From positions 1 to 61,217 of the forward strand of contig JAZSOQ010000114.1 of the NCBI GenBank assembly GCA_045537015.1: DNA of 61,217 nt. The letters are read 5' to 3'. The position numbers and the translations under genes were made by a program. Source of the stretch: Eubacteriales bacterium. GTDB lineage: Bacteria; Bacillota; Clostridia; Oscillospirales; CAG-272. Under the pieces are notes generated by a model. That model searched no databases and was not told where the DNA came from. It was given only the letters and a program-made list of their open reading frames with translations. Below, piece after piece: positions 37,431 through 46,102 of this stretch; position 1 is the stretch's first letter; each line of letters opens with the position of its first letter.

Positions 37431-39314
37431 ATGAAACTTAACATTCGTCTTATCGCTCTTCTCCTCTCGCTCGTTATGGCACTCGGCATACTCGCATCCT
37501 GTGCGGCTGTCGGCGGAGAGCAGACAAGCGAACCGGAAAATCAGATAACAGAAGCTCCCGCCGTTTCCGACGAGGGAACTTCTGCCGATGACGCTCCCAA
37601 AACTTATGACATCGTTGTTAGCGGCGAAGCAATGGCGACCATTATCCGTCCCAAGGATCTGGGCTCCGATGATCCCGCTGTCACTGCTGCCGTAAAGGTG
37701 CGTAACGGCATCGAGGATGCTGTCAACGTAAAATTCAAGATGGCGGACGACTTCAAGAAGGCTACCGAGGAATTCGATGCTTCCACTCTCGAAATTCTCG
37801 TGGGTCCCACAGCTCATCCCCAGGTTGCTGAAGCGATCGCGGGTCTGAGCTACGGCGACTACACCATCAAAGCCGTCGGCAACAAGATCGTTGTTTTCGG
37901 ATTCACCTCAAACGCGCTCTCCTATGCGGCAAATGAGTTTGCCAAGATCGTTGAGCAGTATAAGGTCGATGCGGCTGACGGAAAAGTATCCGTTTCAATT
38001 CCTGCAGAAGCCCTCAACATCGTTGAACAGCACAAGAGCTCGAAGATCTACTCCGCTGTTCCCGTGTTCGAGGGAGCAACCTTCGCAGCTACATATCAGA
38101 CCAACACCAACTGCGACGAGATCATTCTCGAGGACGTAACAGTAGATGGTTACAACGCTTATATCTCAAAGCTTGAGTCGAACGGTTTCACCAAGTACAC
38201 AAGCAACGATATGAGCGGCAACCTCTTCACAACTCTTTACAACAAGGATTATACCCTTAACGTTGGCTATTACAAGCCTTATGACGAGTGCCGTATCGTT
38301 ATGGAGCCCTTCACTGAGAAGACTCTCATCGGACTTGAGTCCGATAACAAGTACACAGCTGTTACCACCTCTCAGGTAACTATGGTTGGTTGTGAGTACA
38401 CCGACAGCAAAGGAAGCAACGTTGGTAACGGCCTTTGCCTTATCTTCAGACTTGCTGACGGCTCATTTGTAATCGTTGACGGCTCATTCAACAGAGCTAC
38501 AAACGCAAACAACATCGTTAACATCATCACCGAGCAGGCTAAGGAATATGCAACCGGCAAGGACATCAGAATTGCCGCTTGGTTCATCTCCCACTCGCAC
38601 GGTGACCACAACGGTACCCTTAACGGTCAGACAGCCGCATTCAAGAAATTCACCGTAGAGCGCGTTATCGCAAACTTCATGACAGACGCAGAACGCGAAA
38701 GATCCATGGGCTCGAGCTACAGCGGAAACTGGTCAAGCGGTGAGGGCGGCGGCGACGACAGCACAAGAAACGCTGCAGCTGCACTCGGCGCAGATTTCAT
38801 TCCTTGCCACGTTGGTCAGCGCTTCTACTTTGCCGATACCGTATTCGAGATCCTCTACACCGTTGAAAGCTACGGTCCTACCGTTGTAAACGCTCTCAAC
38901 ACTTCCACTATCCTTGTTCGCGCCATCACTACCGATGCATCCGGCAAGTCCTCCACCACAATGGTAATGGGCGACTGCACGGGTCCCGCAATGGCTATCT
39001 GTAACAAGATGTACGGAAACGATATGAGATCCCAGATCGTTCAGGTTGCTCACCACGGTTACACAACCTGGGGCAACGACTCGGCTATGGCAAGCGCATA
39101 TAAGTATATGGCGCCCGAGATCGTTCTCTGGCCTCAGGGTTCTGCGGCATTCCCGAGCTATAAGGAAAAATCCTACAACAAGGTTCTTTGGGACGGCACC
39201 AACAAGAACTTCCAGCAGCTTTACGTTGCGGGATGGAACAACTCTCAGTACATCGTTCCCCTTCCCTATTCCGGTGATCCCGCATCGATCACTTCGATCA
39301 TTACCAAAAAGTAA
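37431..39314 (+). CDS. lipoprotein with ComEC-type metallo-beta-lactamase domain (tandem paralog 1)
   Basis: 627 aa. Lipobox GILASC and an acidic tether. The N-module is shared with the alkaline phosphatase (EILVGPTAHPQ ... NKIVVFGF). MBL motifs are SHSHGDHNG, VMGD and VQVAHHGY. Confidence 0.7.
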   Translation: MKLNIRLIALLLSLVMALGILASCAAVGGEQTSEPENQITEAPAVSDEGTSADDAPKTYDIVVSGEAMATIIRPKDLGSDDPAVTAAVKVRNGIEDAVNVKFKMADDFKKATEEFDASTLEILVGPTAHPQVAEAIAGLSYGDYTIKAVGNKIVVFGFTSNALSYAANEFAKIVEQYKVDAADGKVSVSIPAEALNIVEQHKSSKIYSAVPVFEGATFAATYQTNTNCDEIILEDVTVDGYNAYISKLESNGFTKYTSNDMSGNLFTTLYNKDYTLNVGYYKPYDECRIVMEPFTEKTLIGLESDNKYTAVTTSQVTMVGCEYTDSKGSNVGNGLCLIFRLADGSFVIVDGSFNRATNANNIVNIITEQAKEYATGKDIRIAAWFISHSHGDHNGTLNGQTAAFKKFTVERVIANFMTDAERERSMGSSYSGNWSSGEGGGDDSTRNAAAALGADFIPCHVGQRFYFADTVFEILYTVESYGPTVVNALNTSTILVRAITTDASGKSSTTMVMGDCTGPAMAICNKMYGNDMRSQIVQVAHHGYTTWGNDSAMASAYKYMAPEIVLWPQGSAAFPSYKEKSYNKVLWDGTNKNFQQLYVAGWNNSQYIVPLPYSGDPASITSIITKK

Positions 39315-39326
39315 TTAAATGTTTTT

Positions 39327-39358
39327 GCGGAAGCTCCTTTGAGGGGCTTCCGCTTTTT
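39327..39358 (+). terminator. rho-independent terminator after MBL paralog 1
   Basis: GCGGAAGC/GCTTCCGC stem followed by TTTTT. Confidence 0.85.
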
Positions 39359-39383
39359 CATTGTCGAAAATTTCCGAAACCTG

Positions 39384-39412
39384 TTGAAATAATAGTTCAA
39401 ATATGGTATAAT
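39384..39412 (+). promoter_or_regulatory. sigma-A type promoter of MBL-lipoprotein paralog 2
   Basis: TTGAAA, a 17-nt spacer ending in TGG, then TATAAT (extended -10). Confidence 0.7.
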
Positions 39413-39495
39413 ATTTTATATGCCCGTCAGGTCAGATTACGCTCAGATCTGTCTTTCGCGGTTCAACTTATCCATTCAAGAAAGGAATCTTTCAA

Positions 39496-41385
39496 ATGAA
39501 AAAGAACATTCGACTCATTTCACTGCTTCTTTCGCTCATAATGCTGCTCGGCATTTTTGCCGCGTGCAATCAGGGATCGGAAGACACGACTGCAGCCGAG
39601 AACGACTCTACTCAAGCGCCCGAAACCTCCGCGGTGGAGACTGAGGGAAGCTCCGAGCTCAAAAATTTCGACCTTATCGTTAACGGTGAAACGACAGTAA
39701 AGATCATTCGCCCTATGGATCTTCCTTCCGAAGATCCGGCAGTAGTATCCGCGCTCGCTGTCCGTAACGCGATCAGAGATCTGACAGGTGTGCAGATCAA
39801 ATTGGCGGACGACTTCAAAAAGGCAACAGATGAATATGATAACTCGACCTTCGAGATCCTTGTCGGAAAGACCGCGCATCCTCACGTTACCGAAGCGATC
39901 GCAGGTCTCGGATACGCTGATTATACAGTTAAGCTTGTAGGCAACAAGATCGTTGTCTTTGGCTTTACAGATGCTTCTTTGACCGCTGCGGTTGAAGCTT
40001 TTGCCAAAATCGTTGAGAATAATACCGTTACGGATAACGGCACGGTATCCGTATCCATTCCCGTTGAATCACTGAATGTAACGGAATCCAGCAACGATTC
40101 GAAAATGCTTGCCGAACTCCCCGTTTTCGAGGGAGCTGATTTCTACGCATTCTCCTATTCCGATCTTTCCGGTGAGCAGATCATTCTTGAAGACGCCACT
40201 GCGGAAGAATACAACGCTTATATCGCGAAGCTCGAAGCAAGCGGATACAAGAAGTATACCTCAAATGATATGAGCGGAAACATTTTCACAACACTTTATA
40301 ATAGCGATACCACACTCAACGTTGGATTCTATAAGCCCTACGAGGAGTGCCGTATCATTATGGAGCCCTTCTCCGAGAAGACTCTGATCGGTCTTGAATC
40401 CGATAACAAATACACTGCAGTCACCACCTCGCAGATCACCATGCTTGGTTGTGAATACAAGGAAAGCAGCGGAAGCTATAAAGGTAACGGTCTTTCCCTT
40501 CTTTTCAGACTTGCCGACGGCTCTTTCGTCATCGTTGACGGTGGTCACACCACAAACAGCTCTTACTGGGCAAACAACCTCATCAATGCTATCGAGGAAC
40601 AGGCGAAGGGTTATGCAACCGGCAAGAACATTCGTATTGCCGCATGGTTCGTTTCCCACGCACACGGTGACCACATGGGTATGCTCAGAAAAGAAGCTGC
40701 TAAATTTGCAAACAAGTTTACCGTTGAACGCGTTATTGCAAACCTTATGAGTGAGGAAGAACTCGCAAAATCCTTAGCTTCCTCCCACGGCGGCAACTTC
40801 GGAAGCGGCGACGGAAACGCAGCGAACTACGTTCGTCAGGCGGCAAAAACCCTTGGTGCGGAAATGATCTCCTGCCATACCGGTCAGAGATTCTATTTCG
40901 GTGACACGGTATTTGAGATCCTTTACACCGTCGACGACTTTGTTCCCAGCATTACAAACGCTCTCAACACCTCGACAATCCTCGTTCGCGCGATCACCAC
41001 CGACGCCAAGGGCAATTCGTCCACCGTTATGGTAATGGGCGACGTCACAGGTCCCGCAATGGCTAAGTGCAACAAGCTTTACGGAAATGATATGCGTTGC
41101 GAGATCGTTCAGGTAGCGCATCACGGCTATTCGACCTGGGGCAATGATTCCGCAATCGCAAGCTCATATAAGTATATGTCCCCCGAGATCGTTCTTTGGC
41201 CTCAGGGCTCGCATGCTTTCCCGAGCTATAAGGAAAAATCCTACAGCAAGGTTCTGTGGGACGGAACCAACAAGAACTTCAAGGAGCTTTATGTAGCAGG
41301 TTGGAACAACACCCAGCACATCGTTCCCCTTCCCTACAACGGAGATCCTGCTTCGATCATTTCAAAGGTCACGACCGAATCATAA
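39496..41385 (+). CDS. lipoprotein with ComEC-type metallo-beta-lactamase domain (tandem paralog 2)
   Basis: 629 aa. Lipobox GIFAAC. Collinear with paralogs 1 and 3. MBL motifs are VDGGH, SHAHGDHMG, VMGD and VQVAHHGY. Confidence 0.7.
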   Translation: MKKNIRLISLLLSLIMLLGIFAACNQGSEDTTAAENDSTQAPETSAVETEGSSELKNFDLIVNGETTVKIIRPMDLPSEDPAVVSALAVRNAIRDLTGVQIKLADDFKKATDEYDNSTFEILVGKTAHPHVTEAIAGLGYADYTVKLVGNKIVVFGFTDASLTAAVEAFAKIVENNTVTDNGTVSVSIPVESLNVTESSNDSKMLAELPVFEGADFYAFSYSDLSGEQIILEDATAEEYNAYIAKLEASGYKKYTSNDMSGNIFTTLYNSDTTLNVGFYKPYEECRIIMEPFSEKTLIGLESDNKYTAVTTSQITMLGCEYKESSGSYKGNGLSLLFRLADGSFVIVDGGHTTNSSYWANNLINAIEEQAKGYATGKNIRIAAWFVSHAHGDHMGMLRKEAAKFANKFTVERVIANLMSEEELAKSLASSHGGNFGSGDGNAANYVRQAAKTLGAEMISCHTGQRFYFGDTVFEILYTVDDFVPSITNALNTSTILVRAITTDAKGNSSTVMVMGDVTGPAMAKCNKLYGNDMRCEIVQVAHHGYSTWGNDSAIASSYKYMSPEIVLWPQGSHAFPSYKEKSYSKVLWDGTNKNFKELYVAGWNNTQHIVPLPYNGDPASIISKVTTES

Positions 41386-41395
41386 ATAAGAATAT

Positions 41396-41429
41396 ACCGC
41401 CGTGCCCCAAGGTACGGCGGTTACTTTTT
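41396..41429 (+). terminator. rho-independent terminator after MBL paralog 2
   Basis: ACCGCCGTGCC/GGTACGGCGGT stem followed by TACTTTTT. Confidence 0.8.
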
Positions 41430-41484
41430 GTTGTGTAATTACACATTTCCGTTGTGTTTTTTTACATTTTTTTGTTTATATTCA

Positions 41485-41514
41485 TTGACATTTTAAACTC
41501 ACGAATGATATAAT
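41485..41514 (+). promoter_or_regulatory. sigma-A type promoter of MBL-lipoprotein paralog 3
   Basis: TTGACA, an 18-nt spacer ending in TGA, then TATAAT (extended -10). Confidence 0.7.
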
Positions 41515-41579
41515 GATTGTGCAATTTGTCATAGATTTATAGCAAATGCACGTACAACCCGCAAAAAAGAAAGGAAAAA

Positions 41580-43460
41580 ATGATGAAGAAAAACATTCGT
41601 CTTATCTTTTTTCTGCTCGCGCTCGTAATGGTTCTTGGCATCCTTGTTTCCTGCTCCCCTGCAGGTTCGGGTGAATCAACTGTTGCACCCGACACATCCG
41701 CATCCGAAAGCGTTCAGACGGGCGAAGCAGAAAGCAAAACTTTTGACATTATCGTAAATGGAGAAACAACTGTAAAGATCATACGCCCCCAGGATCTCGG
41801 ATCGGAGCACGCTTACGTTTCCGCAGCTATCACCATTCGTGATGAAATCGAAAAATCAACCGGCGTCAGACTCACAATGGGAGATGACTTCAAAAGAGCC
41901 TCCGACAGCTATGATAATTCAACAGTCGAAGTTCTTGTAGGCAAGACACAGCATCCTCAGGTAACTGAAGCGATCAACGGTCTGAAATACAGCGACTACG
42001 CGATCAAGGCGATCGGAAATAAGATAGTTGTTTTCGGTTATACAGATAATGCGATCAAGGCGGCGGCAAAAGCCTTTGCAGAGCTGGTCGATGACTATGC
42101 GGCAGAGGAAAACGGCACTGTCAATGTTTCCATACCCTCCGAGGCCCTCAACATAGTTGAGGTTCACAGCGGATCAAAGGACCTTTCTGCAATTCCGGTA
42201 TTCGACGGAACAACATTTGTTGCAACTTCAACATCCGACAAAAAGTGCAACCAGATCATTCTTGAAGATACCACACCTGAAAGCTATAAAGAGTACATTT
42301 CTCTTCTCGAATCGGAAGGATATAAAAAATACACCGACAACGACATCAGCGGCAACCTTTTCACCACGCTTTACAATGACGATTATACGCTTAACGCTGG
42401 TTATTACAAGCCGAACGATGAGTGCCGTATCGTTATCGAACCATTCGAGGAAAAGACACTTATCGGTCTTGAATCAGATAACAAATACACCGCGGTCACA
42501 ACTTCGCAGATCACAATGTTCGGATGTGAATTCAAGGAAAGCGCAGGCACATATAAGGGCAACGGTCTTTCCCTGCTTTACAGACTCGCAGACGGATCTT
42601 TCGTCATCGTTGACGGCGGTCACGACACCAACAGCTCTTGGTGGAGGGATAACCTTATAAACGCCATCACGGAGCAAGCCAAGGGATATGCAAGCGGAAA
42701 GGATATCCGCATCGCGGCTTGGTTCATCTCTCACGCTCACGGCGACCATATGGGTATGTTGAAAAATGAAGCCTCGACATTTGCGAAGAAATTCACGGTT
42801 GAAAGAGTTATCGCAAACCTTATGAGCGACAAGGAGATCGAAAAATCGCTCAATTCCTCTCACGGTAAGAATTTTGGCGGCGGTGAAGCCAAGGTAACCA
42901 ATCAGGTTCGCACAGCTGCAAACGAGCTCGGCGCAGAGCTTATCCAATGCCATACCGGTCAAAAGTTCTACTTTGCAGATACCGTATTCGAGATCCTTTA
43001 TACTGTTGAAACCTTTGCACCCGCTACCACAAATGCGCTCAATACTTCTTCCATCCTTGTCAGATCAACCACCACAGATGCAAACGGTAAATCCACATCG
43101 GTTATGGTCATGGGCGACGTTACAGGTCCCGCTATGGCAATTTGCAACAAGATGTACGGAAACGACCTCCGTTGCGAGATCGTTCAGGTTGCACATCACG
43201 GATATCAGACCTGGGGTAACGATAACGCAATCGCGGAATCCTACAAGCTTATGTCCCCCGAGATAGTGCTTTGGCCCATGGGTCTCAATGCATTCGCAAC
43301 TTATCAGCATAAGGCTTACAGCAAGGTGCTTTGGGACGGCACAAACAAGAACTTCCAGCAGCTTTACGTTGCAGGATGGAACAACACACAGCACACCGTT
43401 CCCCTCCCCTACAACGGAGATCCCGCATCCATTACATCCAAAATTACCACTCAATCATAA
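41580..43460 (+). CDS. lipoprotein with ComEC-type metallo-beta-lactamase domain (tandem paralog 3)
   Basis: 626 aa. Lipobox GILVSC. Collinear with paralogs 1 and 2. MBL motifs are VDGGH, SHAHGDHMG, VMGD and VQVAHHGY. Confidence 0.7.
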   Translation: MMKKNIRLIFFLLALVMVLGILVSCSPAGSGESTVAPDTSASESVQTGEAESKTFDIIVNGETTVKIIRPQDLGSEHAYVSAAITIRDEIEKSTGVRLTMGDDFKRASDSYDNSTVEVLVGKTQHPQVTEAINGLKYSDYAIKAIGNKIVVFGYTDNAIKAAAKAFAELVDDYAAEENGTVNVSIPSEALNIVEVHSGSKDLSAIPVFDGTTFVATSTSDKKCNQIILEDTTPESYKEYISLLESEGYKKYTDNDISGNLFTTLYNDDYTLNAGYYKPNDECRIVIEPFEEKTLIGLESDNKYTAVTTSQITMFGCEFKESAGTYKGNGLSLLYRLADGSFVIVDGGHDTNSSWWRDNLINAITEQAKGYASGKDIRIAAWFISHAHGDHMGMLKNEASTFAKKFTVERVIANLMSDKEIEKSLNSSHGKNFGGGEAKVTNQVRTAANELGAELIQCHTGQKFYFADTVFEILYTVETFAPATTNALNTSSILVRSTTTDANGKSTSVMVMGDVTGPAMAICNKMYGNDLRCEIVQVAHHGYQTWGNDNAIAESYKLMSPEIVLWPMGLNAFATYQHKAYSKVLWDGTNKNFQQLYVAGWNNTQHTVPLPYNGDPASITSKITTQS

Positions 43461-43466
43461 AAAATC

Positions 43467-43500
43467 ATCCGCCGTGCCTTCGGGCACGGCGGATATGTTT
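43467..43500. terminator. bidirectional terminator after MBL paralog 3
   Basis: ATCCGCCGTGCC-TTCG-GGCACGGCGGAT, a perfect 12-bp stem. It is related in sequence to the terminator after paralog 2. Confidence 0.85.
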
Positions 43501-43501
43501 A

Positions 43502-45607
43502 TTAATAGTACTGCTTAAATACGTAAGTATATACAAGTCCCGCTATGATCAGAATGAGAATGATCGAAACGATGACGAGAACAAGGATTATCGGCGATCT
43601 TTCTGTGGGAGTTGTCGATGCGGGAACGTCGGAAGTCGTCTCCCCCAAGGTATCGGAAGTCTCGGGCTGTGTTTCGGGGATCTCCTCGCCGACAAGGATG
43701 AAGCGTCCGCTTTTCTGCAGGGTGAAGCTAAATCTCGAAGCCTCCGAGAATGGCGTGTATCTTCCCATTTCGGTATCGCAGATCAGGAATGATGAATATT
43801 TTTCCGTATCAAGATCATATTCGACCGAATATGTGATGTCGCTCGAGGGAATGAATCCGTCACCGTTTTTATCGGTGAAAGTAAACTCGAAGACCTCTAT
43901 GACAACGTATCCTTCGGGAAGGAATGCCGCAAGCTCATCCGCGGTGACAGACTCGGTGATCTTTTCTGCCTTGAATGAAGAATTATAGGGGTAGAAAGAA
44001 GTTGACGAATTCAATGTCGCAGTCACGCCGCTTGAGGTCACCGAATTCACAAGCTTTGCTATTGCATTGTTTTCGTTATAAAGACATACCGTGCAGACAC
44101 GCATCTCGTTGCCTTCGCTTTCGCGGGTGGGCTCAATTACTACCATCCACTCGCTGAATGCATGTCCGAGAGGTTCAAGATCCTCATGCTTTGTTTCTGC
44201 CGCACAAACTGTGCAGAAAGTCTTTGAAACACCGCTTTCGGTACACGTGGGAGCGGGCATAAAGATAGGCTCGCTGTCTGTGTGACCATTCGGTGCAATA
44301 TCGCTTACCTCGACAACACCTCCACAAACCAAGCAATAGGTTGACATCTCACCGGGCTCCGTGCAGGTCTGCGCCTTTGTTATTACGGGCGAACTTTCTG
44401 CACCATGACCGAGTGCGGGAATCTTTCTTGTATTTACCGTCTCAAAACAGACGGTGCAGGTCGTAGCTTCCTCTCCCTCCGTTGTGCAGGTGGGCTCTTT
44501 GGTCTTCAGAAATGGACCTTCCTTATGTACGTGTGACTGCGAAACAGTTACGCTAACGGTGAAGTTGAGCTGATATCCGCCGTAATGGAGCGTCACGGTC
44601 TTTTCGCCAACGGTGTCGGTCTCGAAGCCGGAATAAAGAGCATTATCACCCGACACAGTCTCGACCTTGCCGTTGTTGTAAGTGACCTTGAGGGATATTC
44701 CCGTGGGATCGAAGATCTCTCCCTCTGCATATACAGTCTTTATAGGATAGGATTCAAAAACGATATTTTTGATCTGAACGTCGGTTACGGAAACATTGTA
44801 CGTTGCGGTCTTTTTGATGTCACGTTCGGTATAAGATACAGTTATTTTCAGCGTACCCGCGGAGGAGATGTCACCCGTGACCGTGATCTTTGAGGTCACG
44901 TCAGCAGTCTTGCCGTTTTCATAATACGCAGTAACCTTAATACCCGAAGTATCAAGCTTTTCGCCGAGATAATAGGAAAGCTTTGCGGGCTTTTTGGCAA
45001 TCACGATCTTATCGAGAGCGGGCTCAAAAACACTGACCTTGTAGCTTGCGCTCAGGTCCTTGTATTTGACAGTGATCGTCTTTTCGCCGGCGGCTGTACT
45101 GCTGAATCCTGTAACGGTATAGCCCGATTCGATTACTGCGCTTTCTCCGTTGCTGTAAACGACCGAAACGCTGAGGCCGCTTCTGTCCTCGGAGTCGCCG
45201 ACAAAGTACGTCAGCGTTTTTGGGGGATTTACCTTTATTGATTTTTCGGTTACGACCTCAATTTTGAAGGTTGCCTTTGCGGTTGAATCGGGATACTTGA
45301 TCGTAACGGTCTTTTCACCGGTTTTGGTTGAGCTGAAACCCGTGCACCAATCCGTTTTTACGGGAGATGTGCCCTTTGCGCCGGTGTCGTAGGTAAGCTC
45401 GAGCACCGCGCCCGTCATATCGAGCTTTTCGCCAACGACGTATCGGGTCTTATACGGCATTTCTTTAAGAGAGATCGAAACAACATCGGGCGGGTCGATG
45501 GGGACTGTTGGGGTTTCGTCCGCCGCGGACGCACCGATGGCGCAAAATGCAATAAGCATCAAGCACACCAGCGCACATATAAAATATCTATATTTTGTAA
45601 AACTCAT
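43502..45607 (-). CDS. cell-surface protein with Big_3-type Ig-like repeats, Cys-rich CxxC repeats and C-terminal TM anchor
   Basis: 701 aa with a signal peptide. Four or five ~75-aa repeats end in (K)T(V/I)T(V/I)xY...(F/Y)xVxV, as in bacterial Ig-like group 3 domains. Three GH...PTCTE.G....C.VC units follow, then the C-terminal helix IILVLVIVSIILILIIAGLVYTYVF. Confidence 0.65.
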   Translation of the reverse strand: MSFTKYRYFICALVCLMLIAFCAIGASAADETPTVPIDPPDVVSISLKEMPYKTRYVVGEKLDMTGAVLELTYDTGAKGTSPVKTDWCTGFSSTKTGEKTVTIKYPDSTAKATFKIEVVTEKSIKVNPPKTLTYFVGDSEDRSGLSVSVVYSNGESAVIESGYTVTGFSSTAAGEKTITVKYKDLSASYKVSVFEPALDKIVIAKKPAKLSYYLGEKLDTSGIKVTAYYENGKTADVTSKITVTGDISSAGTLKITVSYTERDIKKTATYNVSVTDVQIKNIVFESYPIKTVYAEGEIFDPTGISLKVTYNNGKVETVSGDNALYSGFETDTVGEKTVTLHYGGYQLNFTVSVTVSQSHVHKEGPFLKTKEPTCTTEGEEATTCTVCFETVNTRKIPALGHGAESSPVITKAQTCTEPGEMSTYCLVCGGVVEVSDIAPNGHTDSEPIFMPAPTCTESGVSKTFCTVCAAETKHEDLEPLGHAFSEWMVVIEPTRESEGNEMRVCTVCLYNENNAIAKLVNSVTSSGVTATLNSSTSFYPYNSSFKAEKITESVTADELAAFLPEGYVVIEVFEFTFTDKNGDGFIPSSDITYSVEYDLDTEKYSSFLICDTEMGRYTPFSEASRFSFTLQKSGRFILVGEEIPETQPETSDTLGETTSDVPASTTPTERSPIILVLVIVSIILILIIAGLVYTYVFKQYY

Positions 45608-45664
45608 ATATTTATCCTCTCGGAAAATTCCTTGAAATAATCGAAAAATGCAAATATTTATCTA

Positions 45665-45693
45665 ATTATATCATATATAATCGTATTTTTCAA
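45665..45693 (-). promoter_or_regulatory. sigma-A type promoter of the Big_3 surface-protein gene
   Basis: On the - strand: TTGAAA, a 17-nt spacer, then TATAAT. The -35 lies inside one arm of a 14-nt inverted repeat (see findings). Confidence 0.7.
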
Positions 45694-45729
45694 GGAATTT
45701 TGCCGCATAGGAAAAACTTTTACATCTTG

Positions 45730-46101
45730 TTAACGCTTAGGTTTGCTTCTCACGCATAAAGAGGCAACAAGTCCGAAAACAAGCGCCGCCGCGGTGCCGC
45801 CTGCCGCCGCTGTAAGACTGCCCGTCAGCGCGCCGAGAAGGCCGCGTTCGTCAACGGCTTTTCTTACGCCTTCGGAGATCAGATAGCCAAATCCCGTCAG
45901 GGGCACCGCCGCGCCCGCGCCGCCGAGCTCGGCTATATATTTATAGACTCCAATGGCACCGAGAAAGACACCCGCCACAACGTATCCCACAAGAATTCGC
46001 GCGGGGGTGAGGCGTGTGCGGTCGATCAATATCTGAGCAATGGCACAAAAGCTGCCGCCGATGACAAACGCCCAGAAATAGGGTAAAATATCCTTCATCA
46101 T
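45730..46101 (-). CDS. spoVAEB: stage V sporulation protein AE (SpoVAEB-type)
   Basis: About 123 aa from ATG 46101. Matches the SpoVAEB pattern WAFVIGGSFCAIAQILID...LTPA...GAGAAVPLTGFG...KPKR. Starts 1 nt after the spoVAD stop. Confidence 0.8.
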   Translation of the reverse strand: MMKDILPYFWAFVIGGSFCAIAQILIDRTRLTPARILVGYVVAGVFLGAIGVYKYIAELGGAGAAVPLTGFGYLISEGVRKAVDERGLLGALTGSLTAAAGGTAAALVFGLVASLCVRSKPKR

Positions 46102-46102
46102 A

